Shown: in pieces, positions 12,111-26,057 of the stretch
Layout of the letters: each line of letters begins with the position of its first letter
Numbering within the stretch: position 1 is the first letter of the stretch
The notes under the pieces: model-generated
The model's database searches: none
Told to the model about the DNA's origin: nothing
What the model saw: the letters and a program-made list of their open reading frames with translations, nothing else
Position numbers and translations under genes: made by a program
DNA from: Tubiluchus corallicola
Taxonomy: Eukaryota; Animalia; Priapulida
Assembly: GCA_030141605.1 (NCBI GenBank)
Contig: JAQGDQ010000281.1
Coordinates: 186,001-250,000, forward strand
Length of the DNA: 64,000 nucleotides
Direction: 5' to 3'

Positions 12111-15100
12111 CTGAGCACGCAGTTACATAAAAATTTAAAATTTAGTTCAGCTTGCATGCATTAGACCCCACATGCATTGGTTTTCTATAGCATATGAAAT
12201 GGTAATTTAAAAGAAACATTTTTGGGCAAATAACATTAGCATTATAATGTTTCATTTTCAGTTACGTTTAGCGTTTAATTTACAAAGGTAAGGCTGGTGG
12301 GATGGTGTGAAACTTGAAAATTTAATACTGATGTGTTAATTTTTTGACACCAATATTGCTTTAGTATTGCATTGGTACAAACAAAAATGGTAATTATCTC
12401 GAGTTAACTCCCTTACAAAAATTTAATTTAAACGACACGTTTTCGAGAAGCAGCGAAATGTTTTTGAGAGCCACTTTTGAAACGCTGAATTGATGTAAAA
12501 TAGTGGCTTCTTACCGGCCAAGTATGTAGGTTACTAAGAACTTTCTTTTCCTACTAATATGAGCCTTAACAAAGGAGACTATTGTTACATTACGAAGCGC
12601 GAACTTTCTGAAACTACTTGGCAATTAGCTGCACTTACGTTGTTTCTAAATTCTTATTGTAGTAATTTAGCTGGTAGGCTTAAACAAATAAACGTGTTTT
12701 ATTTGATGCTGAGATTCAGATCTGTGGCTTAAAATTCTGTACTAGTCTTTAATTGCAAATATTGGCGCAGCGGGCAGGAGCTCATTAACAGCAAACAATT
12801 AAAGGAAGCTGTAACGACAAGTAGACTTTTATAATTTAAAAAACACAAAACGTCTAAATTAAATTTTAACAAAAAGACCGACCGGCTTTAGTAGTGTTTG
12901 CAAATATTTTAAATCAAGATTAGAATGATGTACAGCAAAAGCAAACTTGCACGTGTAAAGATTATTTCACTAGCGATCGAAACTTTGGCAAAGCTCCCTT
13001 CCTTTAATTGCGAACAAATACATTAAATTGAAGCGAAATTGAAAGATCTCAATGAAGCGAGCAACTAGAGTTCTATTACTAGATTCGTTTACTGGTCATT
13101 ACGTTGAATTTATGTGGCATTGTGTTGCGGGTTCCTTTATTTTGCTGGCGGATTGATACGTGAGTTATTCGGCCTCACGGTGTCTACGTGCGGCTTAAAA
13201 TGTCGCGGCGCTAAATTTATATTTCTTCTAAATTTCTTAATTTCGCAAGCATGAGCTAATGGTGACAGCATTGATGGTAACCGAACATCATTTCATGTGT
13301 TCTCATTCATGTAAGGTTTGGCTGATCCATGCCAGGTTGTACATGTGCGAGGTGGATCTAATGGCTCCGAATCTAAATGTAATATAAGAGAATTGTTTCC
13401 AGGAAAAACTGCAATCATTTATCAAAATACGAGTTCAAGGATTTGAATAGTTATTTGTTGGGAGCATTAATTTATGTGTTATGGCTATGTGTTTGAAAAC
13501 TTTAAAACATAGAACCGCTTTATTACATAACTTACTTTAATGATTATAGACGGGCATAAATTGTTGCAAATGTACAGACCTAAATGACACTTACTTGATT
13601 AGCCAGAGAATCTGAAATGAACCAAACACCTCTAAATGTCATTTTAAAGTGTCGTGGAAGATTTATATTTCTAACAGTTACCTAGATGGCAGTCTTTATT
13701 CTCTTCAGTTTTGTGAGCCTAGATATAACGCTGTTTAGGTTTTACGTTTTATTTGTTATGAAACTAAAATGTTTCTTGAACTGCTTACATTTCAACTGTA
13801 TCACACGCGCGAATTTGTTGTTTATTTTTAAAACCTTTTAAAGAAAAGAGATTCTATTAAAATTTTGAACATTTTATATGCGAGTTTACTATTACGAGGT
13901 AAATTGATTCCAAGAAAAGATTTCGACTCGAGCAAAATGAAATTATACGTTTATTATGACACACACGTGCGACGGTTCAGTATGTGACCAATAAAACTCA
14001 AATTTCGTACGTACACCAAGGTTCTGTCAGAAATTGAAAGAGTCGCATGGCAATTGGAATTTCCAATTGCTGTTGTCGTCATTTTAATGTTAGCGAGCTA
14101 AATAGCTAGGTGTACAATCTCACATGACTACTAAATAATCAATTAAATAACAGACATCGTAAGTAATAGAATTGAGGGGCATTTTCTGAATGGCAGTCAT
14201 AACTGAGAATGACTGGCCTCAACGACTATTATAATACCTGCCTCTTGTCATGAGCAATGGGCGTTATTAACGGCTCATTCCAAAAAAATAATGCTACTGA
14301 AAAAAATAATTTGAAAGTAGCAACAATTGGAAAGTACACGTTCTAACGCCATTAATTGCAACGAATTTATGGTAAATGACATAAACAAACATTAATGATG
14401 CACTCGGGCTGCAAATGAAAACTAGGCGGCCAGGCCGCAGATACCTGCAAAACTAACGTAATTGTTATAATCTGCGACTAAAATGCGTTTCACAGGTAGT
14501 TAGAGCATGTTAGGAGCAGGTTAACAATAGGCATTATGCAAATAAAAGATGTAGAACTTCGATTCTACAACGGGGCCTATATATACATTTGATTACAGAA
14601 ATAGCACCTCGGTAATTCTTGTAATTGGCAGTACAGCTCACAATTAGTGGCATTTTCTTGTAAAAACTGCGAAAACTTGTATTAATTTTTGGGTATGGCT
14701 AATCTTCACAGAGCCACTTGATTTTGCTCTGCGTTTTATCGTATTGTTTATTTTTTCTGCGCAATTCAAACATAATGTACTTTTGCTTTTTATTTCAGAA
14801 AAATTGCCAGATCGACTCTTAAGTGAAGCAGAGTAAGTATTTACATTCAAATTCTTTTTAAAGTACAGTTTGGCGTGCGGGTGCCTATGTTCGAAACCCA
14901 TGATAAGCCTGTTTCATTGCTACCTGTTGTTACTCAATGCTTCATTCTATACACCGACACATCTTAGCAAAAAGAGCGAACATATTCCTAAATTTATGCC
15001 TTTTTTACTTTGGTTCTCCAAAGTCGCCGAAATGACACTACGTAGACATAATGGCTTGACAGAGGTATTTTAAAAAACGAAACTTCAATGCCTTGAAAAG

Positions 15101-16399
15101 CGAGGACCAGTTTTTAGGCCTCGTTGGTATTTTTGTTGTTTGCACGATGTGCACGCTGTCTTAGAGATAGGCATAAGTACGCCCTAACACTATGATCGTC
15201 AAATATCTCTTAGTTCTTTAATTCAGCTTTAATTTTGTTTTCAGTTCATTTTTCCTTGTGTCCATTATCATCTGTACCTCTGATTTCTGCAGGTTTACTG
15301 AAGTGGCACGAATACTTAAATTATATTTTTTGTAATTATGCGCATTCGTGTCCCAGTTTTGGCTAAAAAATGTAAACTTTTTTGGCCTAATGACACGGTT
15401 TTTAAATTTTTGACATGTCATTTTCCAGGAAATTTTTATTCATCTTTGTTACAAAAGATCTGTTTTTTACGTGAAAATACTGTTTTGATGATATCGACAG
15501 AAAATTGACAAAAATCCAACTATTTCTTTCTATCCTGACAGAGTCATCGTTTAAAATCTCAGCCAAGAACCGAAAATAGATTAAATCCTTTACTAGCGAA
15601 TAAAACTCAAGACAATTTCATTTTACTCTCCCAGGAATATCGCTCATTACCACCGCCGCCATTTTGAGTTTCAAAGCATTGTCGCTGTCGATACTATTTA
15701 GCTTTTCACAAAAAATGTCACTACCAACACGTTTTGTTATTAGGTTACCACGACCATTTCGCTATGAGCAGTGCAAATGTTCTACTGCACTAGCAACCGT
15801 CATTTGTTCCTTACTATGGGTGACTGAGTGTATGTATGATTGTTGTCAACGCAAATTTGTATTTTAAATGCATTGTCATTATCGTTATCTTGCTTCTACT
15901 TTTCATTCAGCTATTGTCATTACCGTGCACCATAATGATTTTACTGTTTTTACGAGGCATTGTTGTCAAAGATTTTGCTAGTTTCAGTTGTTCCTTGCAT
16001 TCACTTGTGATAATCAACTTTTTTATTAACTATAAGCCCTGCTTCACTTTTGACAAAGCATTGTCTTTACTATTATTTCAACTACTAAACATCTGTTTTT
16101 GTTTGGCATTACGTGTAAAACTTACAGTAGTTTTTACTCAGCTGTTGTCACCATCATAAATTTACTTTTAAAAGAGCACTCTATCCCATTCCATTTTACT
16201 TTTGCTGATTGCCATTATCATCACGATTTTAATTTTTATTGAGTATTGTCTTTGCCACGTTGTAAATTTTTTTTTCGACAAACACTATCACTGATTGTCA
16301 TTCTTGCCGCCATTTTTAGAAGCGGCTGCTCAGTTTGTTCACTAGAAAGTTAAGTAGTTGATGGTGATAAAATGCCTAGCAACGAAAGAATGACAATGT

Positions 16400-17200
16400 T
16401 TAGTGTGGATAGGTGGCGTACATATACCTCCCCAGGAATCGCAGCATTACAGAATACAGAATACAACATTTTGCAGATATGAATAATGCTATCACAGATG
16501 CCCGTGAAAGAGGTCTAGAAGTACTTATAATGGGAAATTTCTACGACAGGCTTGCGAAATTGTCTATTTTTAATCATAACAGTGATGCGAAAGAAATACA
16601 GTAATAACGCCGCTGCTATGCGGAACAGCCATGGCAGAAAAATAGTGAGGCTATGAATGGGTAACGAGTTACGGCTGCTCTTTTACTTATTATAATCAGG
16701 AGTTCGAAGGTGGACGTACATTTCGAATGAAAAGTCGTTGGGTGTCTCAAATAGATTTTGTAATTTCCTCAAAACGATTGTTATCTAACGTAGCTGATTT
16801 AAGATTATTAACGACGTTACACTTCCGTCAAATCACGTACCAATTGTAACTTCGATTACACGTCTGCAAATAAATTATTATAAAGAGCGAATACTTTGGG
16901 GAGTTACTCAGCAATCTCTGTTGGCAGATACTGTAAGAAACAGTAACCGAACTAAGCGACTGAGAAACCAGGCGTACTACTTAAAACTTGAAATTAATAG
17001 ATGGGTGTAACGTAGATAGAAAACAAAGACTCTGTAACTGTGGAGAAATTCGAACTGAAAAGCACGTTTTGATGTACTTAAATTTAACAGCTGAAATTAG
17101 AAGAAGATTTAGCTATGCAGACTTTATATCCTTAACGTCAATTATGAATTCCAATTTGGTATTTGAGATTATTTTTAGTATTTTACAAGTTTATGAATAA
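16400..17200 (+). mobile_element. Decayed LINE remnant: AP-endonuclease fragments followed by a C-terminal zinc-knuckle region
   Basis: Fragmented frames give AYIYLP...VLIMGNFYDR (GDFNAR-like), TFRMKSRWVSQIDFVISS (IDY-like), LPSNHVPI (SDH-like) and then RLCNCGEIRTEKHVL. Many stops and frameshifts; no RT motifs in between. Confidence 0.7.
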
Positions 17201-20200
17201 GAAAACACACTAATTTTTACAAGTACCATAACGAAGTGTTACACTTCTGTAAAATTCTGTAAGCTCAGCACAGTCATTATCATATCTTAAAAGACTTTTT
17301 CTACCTGCACTGAATGGAAAATTTATTATTGTGAACTTTTGTTCACCTTTATACAATGTTGTTGTTTTCTGAAAAGTAGAAAGTTTTTGACTATGAAATG
17401 TTTCAACGCTGCTATCCCTGTTAAAGATGGTAAATATAAATTTTATGATCAATAAACTACTACTAGTAGTTATAAAATGTAAAATGGTAATGGTAATGAC
17501 CACTTTGCAAAAAGTAAAAATTGGGCAAAAGTAAGGAAGAGCCTTCCAAGAACAAAGTACAACTGCGATGGAAAGAAAAGTGTCGCAGTTATTATAGTTT
17601 TTGTTTATTTAACATTGTCACTGCAATCGCCATTTCATTTTTGCAGAACATTGTCATTACCACCGCCCAGCAACCGAGTGTCAAAACGAAGGCGTCCAGG
17701 ACAAGAGGACAGCTTCTATAGCGGCTGGTAGTTCGAAGGCAAAATTGAAGCCAAATATTTCCCATTCGTCATCGTCTTGAAACTCTTTTCTTAACCTGCC
17801 TAGCGCCGTCTTCTTCGAAAAATACTGGTAAACTTGGTAACTTAATGTGAAAAGTGGCTTCTTATTTCGTATTGAACAGATAACATTGTGCAATCGTGAC
17901 AATAGTTTGAACTGATGAATTTTTTGTTAAAAATGTGATTACGCAATTCTACTGTAAGGAGCTACTTAAAAACTCCAAATTTTCCCTCGTCATTATCTAA
18001 ATTAAATTAAAGTTCGGGAAAAACAAAAATAGAATGGTAGATGATGTTAATTTAGCAATAATTGACATAAATGAAATAAATGGCAAGATTTAATATAATT
18101 GTACGTATACAAAATCGTAATTTAACCTATCTGAGAATTTGGGTTTTTGTATACGTTTTCTTCAAAGAGAGCGTCCTTGCTCGTGAATACGTAAAAATTT
18201 TGCTGTCATGAAATGCCTTGTAACTAACTTACCACAAATGAAGGAAGTATTTTCTCAATTTTCCCTAAGTATTGTATTGTCAGAAAGAATATGTCATGTA
18301 GCCGAGTTCATATGTGCAGTGAATATTCACAATTTGCGAATTAAAAAAAGCCAAACAGCTTCAAAAACGTGTTAGTCAAAAATTGAAACTCAATTTTCGA
18401 AAAAAAACGACGGCTGCTTTGTTTGTTTGGGAGAAACTATGATTTTCTTACATTGTGATTTAAGTATAGCAGGTTCAGAAAAACAAAAAACGAAAAAATA
18501 GAAAAAGTTGAAAAATTGCAATTTACGTGTAGTGTTGTTACTTTATACAATTGTAATACGCTTAATTGTTTTTTCGTTTGATTACATACAATGACGTCAT
18601 TAGAACAGTGGAAAATTAAAAGAAATTTGTTTTAGTAGATATAGCTAGAAGTAATTAGAAACGTTACATTTTTGTTTGCGTACTTATAAACATGATAAAG
18701 TGTTTAAAGCTTTGTATTGAAAAACGATAAAAAGTGAAACTACAAGAAGCATCGAAAAGTAAGGAAACGTGAATGATTTAAAACACAATGATACCAAAAC
18801 ATGTTTTACTGAAATAAATATATTCGCGAAGTCTTTATAATTACTTAGTTACTGTTTATACTTTATAGCTAAGAATTATTGCTGTAGCTTGACTTTCTCG
18901 TCCGGTTTACAGTAACAAAAGTGATAAGTGTTTCAGTCGTCAACTTGAACACTGTTACTCTAACGATTCTAGCCTAAGGTCTTTCAATATAAAGTTCGAT
19001 AAACAATTAAAACGTTTGCGAGACAATAATAGGGTTTTGGTAAAAACTTGTGACGTTAGTCTGCGTGACTTACGCGAATTACAGAAACAGCTTGTATTTA
19101 TTGATCATAAAAATTTAAATCTATTACAGTTTAAATTTTCCAAAATGGTTTTACTGTTGATTTTGTTTGTTATTAAAAACTGCAGCCAGACCAATGTCCC
19201 GCGTGTAAGGTGAATGCATGCCAAGTGTAAAACTATCTGATACTCACAGTTTTTTAATTAGTTGTGTGTGGCAGTTCTCATTTGTTGCGAATTACGTTTT
19301 TTTATATTTACAAACAATAGATCAAAATTTTAAATCTAAATTTGTAATATATTCGCCTCACAATAAACTTTGGAAACTTTTATCCTAGATTGATTTTCTT
19401 CCCTTTTGTTTTTTCGCTACGCATTTAATGGAAAGCAAATATCATTTGGTTGCCGAAGAATTGCAGCATGATTATCACCTGTTCACAATGAATGGCATGC
19501 ACGCACGTAGTTTTGTTAGAATTTCACGTCCTTTTTTGTTAACAATTTACGTCTTTATCCGTGTAATAAACGTCTGTTAGCAAAATGGAAAAAAGTGTTT
19601 ATGAAACTGTAAAAAACATTGTGGAATATTTTGTAATGATGTCCTTTAATTAAGAAAAAATACATATTTATGTTTTTAGAAAAAGTTACGTGTGTATAAT
19701 TATGTAATTATAGTGTTTAATCATCATTTATATTTACGTTTTTTTATAAAGACAACAGTTAACAGTTTTAGCATAAATCCGCTAGCCCATGTACTGCGAT
19801 CAGGCATGTAGTAGAAGAGTCTCTGCTGATGATAGATCAAGCATAGCTCTGGTACCTGGTGAACATGCGTTAGTCTTTATCGACAGTTATCGACTAGTCA
19901 TAAGACAGTAACTTATAGATTCAGTTATAAAAACGCCACCACCATCACAAATAACGACAACAACGACGACAATGGCAACGAAAATGGGCATGTTCAATTT
20001 TTACCAATTACGAAGTTGAACTGAGATGTATCAAAATTAAATTAATCTCTTCATGACGTTAAACCAAAATTAATAAATAAGCCTTAGTTACAACACATTT
20101 CCTGTTTCATAACTGTTTCCACTGTAATCGCTCAATGACTGAAATAAATAAATAACATTGCATGGAGTCATGTGAAGTTAGTAATCAAACCACGTTAATC

Positions 20201-21658
20201 TCATTTATACATCAACACTGGAGCTAAAAATGTAGGTGTTTTGACAGCCAATAGCAAAGCTTGCTTAGCTTATAATATAACACTTTTACTAACAGTCTGC
20301 TAACTAGTCAGTTACACAGTGGGTTTGATTGCAGTTTTAGTCATGTATTATTTTAAATGGTATTGCAATAAAAACAGATTTTGAGGTCTGATTGCAGCTT
20401 TAGTTCAAAGGTGTTGTTTTAAATGTCACTGTACTAAGCAAGTCTTTCTGCAATTCGCTCACACACATCTCGTTTCACACCAAGTTGTAACTCTGCAAAT
20501 AAATCTGAATTAGCTAGAGGCTAGAGCTCAAGCTGCTGAAGTGTTATCTGTAACCTAGGAAAAGCACTCGATCATTCTTAAGAAAAGCTTATTTTAATAA
20601 TACCTTACTGAGTTTTGGAGAAGGGTTAGCGTTCAGACAATTTCAAGTAGTTTGATTTAATGTTTGATTAATCTTGTTATTTCGATATACTTCACTGACT
20701 AGCAGTATTTTAATAAACTGTCGTATCCCTCCGAGACGCAAAAAGCGGAAGGTGAAAAAGCAGAATATTGAAGTAGAATATAGTAATCTTGATAATTATT
20801 CCCACGAAGGGATGCGGATGACGTGTGCACCCAGGCAACGTGCTAATTATAACACGGTTGATTACGTAGGGTAATTTAATCCGCAACTTAATTAATAGAG
20901 AGGCTTATGATCACTAGCAAAATTTTACAACCAACCAGGGAGGTTAATTCCCATTGACAAAATGCGATTCTAGTCTTGCTTTTTCCAATAAAAATATAAA
21001 CTGTTTCTACTCGCTTTTAAAAGTTTCAACAATAATAATTTTTGTATATAACTGTTGTTTATATCTTCCCTACATCGTAGCCCATTTCTACAATCTAAGA
21101 ATTACAGAAATGCAGAGTTTGCATAATGTACGTGAATGTGAACATAATTATGCGTATCGACTTGAACTGCCCCACTGAAAATAGCTGATGTATTTATACT
21201 AATTTGTAAGCGGAAATACGGGCAGATTGTAACTTTTATGAGTTTGTAATTTTGCCATTGCACACTTAAACACTCAATGTAAACGGATGTCTTCAACGCT
21301 TTGTGAACATGCCCTAAGTTTAATCTATGCGACTCAATTTTATCTGCTGTAATCTGGAATTCGTGTAAGTTGTCATTGTCTTTGCAGTTTGCGCTGACCG
21401 ATGCTGATTTTTTTCTAACTGTAATTAAGAATCTCTGTAAGTTTGTAATTTTGTCAGTACCCATGAGTACACTTCATCATTGTCTAAGAAGAAGAATCTT
21501 GAATGATGATCAGTCCATCCCACGACATGGAAAATTGATTCAAAGCTAAACTTCGGAGATATTACGCTATCTGAGAAACTAATTGATTTTTCTTACCGCC
21601 GGGAAAGCTGTTAAGTTTATAAGGAGTTAGAGAATTTGATTTTCTGTAGTTTCTGAAC

Positions 21659-21730
21659 TGTTGTTGTTGTTGTTGTTGCTGCTGCTGCTGCTGCTGTTGT
21701 TGTTGTTATTGTGGTTGTGGTGGTAGTGGT
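21659..21730. repeat. (TTG)n/(CTG)n/(TGG)n trinucleotide tract
   Basis: Directly visible. Confidence 0.92.
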
Positions 21731-21919
21731 ACGGTTCTCCGCATAATTTAATTTCGATGCGTCTTCGTAACTGGACTTTATGTAAATGGTAATAATTGAG
21801 CATGGACGTTTACGACGTCATTAAATGGTCATCTAAACACGGAAAATTACCATGTTAGGAAGAAATTACTTCCCTGGCCAGAAAGTGAACGGTGAACTCG
21901 TGATTGTTTTACTCTTGGC

Positions 21920-22126
21920 TACTAACAACAGCAAGAGCAGCCGCAGCAGCAGCAGTAACAACAACAACAACTACAACAGCAGCAACAGCAGTAGTAAGAG
22001 TAGTAGTAGTCACAGTAGTAACACTAACAGCAACAACAACAGCACCACTAACCGCAGCAGCAGCAGCAACGGTAACAACAACAACAACAACACCAGCAGC
22101 AACAACAACAACAACAACAACAACAA

Positions 22127-22161
<35 letters not shown>

Positions 22162-22192
22162 ACCGGAGGAGTAACTGGAATAGTAGTAGTCA
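21920..22192. repeat. Compound (CAA)n/(CAG)n/(TAG)n trinucleotide tract
   Basis: Directly visible; explains the three overlapping poly-amino-acid ORFs. Confidence 0.95.
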
Positions 22193-22979
22193 CAAAACGT
22201 GACTAAGCCACTTGTATCGTTTCAGTGTTACATCTTAAAAGAGTTTCCTCGATAAATGACTAGGTTCCGCTCTTACGTAACTATCAAGGCAGAACTGTTT
22301 GTTACTACAGCTGCTGTGGTCTTTGTATTCTGGTTACGGCACGTTTGTAGGAGCTACTAAAGAAATTATCGTGTTTCGTTTGACCTTCCCGAATCCATCA
22401 GTTGAGTCATCTACACGATGATTACTCCGCACAAACCGAATTTCTTCAGCAATCGTACGTATCAGAACATCGTCCCACTTTGCTAATTTAGCTATTTGAG
22501 GTCACGCAATTTGCATTAGTAACTTGTGAGCGTAAATACCTTGTTGGGAAATGATTAGCTGACCGCCTACAACAAGAGAATCTAGAAGATTGCAGGAAAT
22601 CATTTGATTTGATTACTATTTAGTTGAATTTTTGCTTTGGTGTGCGATGAAATGAAATCGCGCTTGGGAAGCCAGTGTAAGCCACAGAAAGTAATTTCTC
22701 TGCAACATAATAGCATCACAGTTGCTCAGAAATGAGAAACTCCGAGTTCGAATGCCGGCGAGGTTACATTTCCTTGCTCTCTGGCTTACTTACGTGAACT
22801 TTTTGCCAAATTAGACAAAACTATACGTCTTCACACAGCGTAATTCTTTCGAAACAGATTTTGTATAGCTTATACAATAAATTTCGGCAGAATTCACCAG
22901 GAACGATGAAATATTATTAGTCAAGAGACTCGACCCAAATCCCTACGTAGAATGTTGTTATTCTTATTAGGGAATGACC

Positions 22980-23850
22980 TTGTGAAAAAAGCATAAAAGC
23001 TCGTGAATTCGCAACGGATCGTCGTGACATTTCAGGAACTTACTAGAATGAATTTTGCATCCACTGACCAAATCAGATTAGACTAAAAGACCATTACAAT
23101 TACATAATAAGATATACTACATACAATTATACAAACTGAAAACAAAAATTACTACAATTACTTGTCAAGTAAGCAGTCAGTTATTAGTGAACAAATGATG
23201 TAACTGCTTACAGCGGAGATTACTCGAATTTACAAAGGATCATTATGAAACTTTAAATGAATATACTAATATACTTAAATGAATTCGGCAGCTATAGACA
23301 GAATCAGATTTTTGAACGGAATCAAACCGCCATTTTAAATTCAAAAAGACTGCGATGACGTAATTCTCAAAAAAGCCGAAGATTCCGCCAATTTGCAATT
23401 GTCATGAAATATTACAGGAATATACTAGAAGTAAATTCGTATCGACTGAAAGAGTCGATTTTTGATCGCAGTGATAACACCATTTTCAAAAATGCATTTA
23501 TCGTTCCACCAATTCGTAACAAATAGGCATGAAACAGCATAGGAATATACTAGAGAGAACTTTACATCGACAGACGGAGTTTGCTTTTCGAACCACCATT
23601 TCGTTTCGAATTCATGACGCAGCCATAACATCTTTTTCAAAAAAATCTATGGTTCCACAAATTGGCTCGTCATTAAATTTTACAGAACGCATTAAGCGTC
23701 GATTGACAGAGCCAGGTTTTGTACCAACCATCATGAATACAAGATGTTCAACCTAAATCTGCGAACGAATATATTGGAACAAATTTCACGACGGAAGCCA
23801 GATTTTTGATTTGCAGTCTCGAGTTCAGTGAGTCCCTCGACCAGTGTTCG
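22980..23850 (-). repeat. Inverted, more degenerate copy of the same satellite-bearing element (several units)
   Basis: Reverse-complement units at about 22985-23070, 23325-23460 and 23480-23720; flank GAGTTCAGTGAGTCCCTCGACCAGTG (about 23821) matches the reverse complement of TATTGGGCAAGGGACTAACTGACCTC (about 2802). Confidence 0.7.
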
Positions 23851-25854
23851 AGTCGAACTTGTTATTTGACACGTCCCTGTTATTTAAACTTCGCATAGGT
23901 CGTGCTGCTATTAACTACGTATGAATCCAAGGTCACGACAAGAAGGGCTATGCCATTCTTTGAGATAAAAATTATACAAAACATCAATTTTCAAAAAATA
24001 TAAATTCTTATATTTGTATAATTACCGTAACTAACAGCTAACACAAATATGACAGCAATTTAAAATTGATTAAATGCAACTGTCTAAATAAAGGTCACAA
24101 AACAAAACCAACTAAGTGCAAAACAAAGTAAGTCAGCAAGTTACATAAAAATTTCACTTTTAATTTTACCTTATAAAGTGATTCACATGAATAAAACGAT
24201 GGGAACAGATGACCAATATCAAAACGTTTTCGTATTTTTACCTCACAAATCATCATGCTGAAAAGGGACGTGTCATTGAACAGGTCCAAACTCATAAACA
24301 ATACCTACCTGCCCTATCTCTTTTCTGTATTGTGTTTTATCTACACTGGCCAACCATGCCTGTTCTTCCTGCCAAGTGTTTTCCAGTAGCAATTTCATAA
24401 GATAGTTTTCGAAAAATTGCATATAATAGGTTTTCAAGCATTATAAAAACAGCAAACATATGAGAATTTATAGGTAAAATTTCCTTACTATTATTAACGG
24501 ATGGCACAAGGTACTGAATAATCATGGCAACAGCAGTATCTACAACATTGGTGTCACCATCTACAAAAATAATTAATGAACAAACAGAACAATGTGCGCA
24601 TTTAAATGAACAAGGAACTTGCCAGCAGCCACCTGAGCTTACTATAGGCCTATCTTCTATAAAATTTAAAATGGCAGATTATATCTGTCACATTTTCAAA
24701 ATGATAATTGTAAATACGACAAAATGCTGTGTTAACAACAACTAAATATGAAAACGATGGCTACTGCATTAATCTAATTTCATTTATTATGTTTTAGGTG
24801 CAGGTACTATTTCATTGCACCGTGTTGCTCCTTCAAATCTTTACAAAACTAACGTTAGTGCTAATTTACTTAATTAGTCAGCTAAAATTTATTTAACTAA
24901 CTGTACAATTAACTAATTATTTATTTAAAACTCATGTTTTAACAGTTCATTACATTGCAATGCTAATCAATTGGACCGGTGCTAACTGTTTAGTAATAAG
25001 TAAAAAAAATAAACAAAGTGATAAAATCCTATATTAGAGTAAAACATGAAAAGCAATATCATTGCCTCATAGACCTTGTCACATATATGCATATAAGTGA
25101 TTAGTATGTACACAAAACTTAAGTGAATATGATGGCAATGTTAAAGAAATAATCTCACCTAAAACCATTCGCTGATGTAACTTACTGCACCCAACTATCC
25201 ACAAGCACATCTTCTTTGATGCCAAACCTAACACCTTTGTGATAATAATCAGGTGAAAATATACTAAAAATCTCAAAATTCAATAACAGTTTTCCAAAGC
25301 CAAATTTGAAGTCAAATGAGATTCATAAAACATGGTTCCTTTTCTTTGTGGTAGAGAAAATACTAGTTTATTTGTTCCATATTAGGACTGGACTGCACCT
25401 AAACTTATAGCATTCTCTACAATTTCAAATTTTTTGCATGTAATTGCTTCACTAAAGTTTTCTCACATTGATATAATATTGAATTGGTTAAACAAATATG
25501 ACATACGTTAAGTTAAATGTTAATGAGTTACATGTAATTGCACTAATCTTACTAATTCCATTCCATAATTGAGATTCAATATTATACAAAACTAGTTCTG
25601 CCTAATTTAAGATATATGATTAAAATGCAGTAAAATTTATAACAATTTGCAAAAAGAGCATAAAAACAAAACAAAGGCTTAATACAATGCAGGCAAGCTA
25701 AGCAAAATTACCTACTTATTTTATAATTAAAAAATAGGCCTTCAGAACTGTACACTGCTGAATAAAAATGAGAAGGCTAATATCTTCTATGAGCGTGAAT
25801 CGGATCTGGACGTGAATTACGACTTGATAACAGGCACTACCACTTCGTCTATCA

Positions 25855-26057
25855 CTAATGATGCTGAAAAACGATTGCAAAGACGCACAACAACATCATC
25901 AATACGTATGCGCAAGTAGGGGTGTGGCCAGCCCCGGTGTACTGCAAATCCCAGTCATCATAAAGAACACGGTTGATGATGTAGATGTAACCATTGGTCA
26001 TTGCTTGACCTTGAACAGTGACCTGTGCTTCAATGCCACCATAGCTGACATACCAAC
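25855..26057 (-). CDS. Fasciclin-like terminal coding exon 13 (FAS1-4 H2 + GPI-like tail)
   Basis: (R)WYVSYGGIEAQVTVQGQAMTNGYIYIINRVLYDDWDLQYTGAGHTPTCAYVLMMLLCVFAIVFQHH*; the TAG stop is followed immediately by TGA and TAG. Confidence 0.92.

Noticed and set aside
21852-22206. Overlapping poly-N/S, poly-T/A and poly-V/A ORFs
   Set aside because: Trinucleotide repeats stay open in several frames; no splice or domain support.
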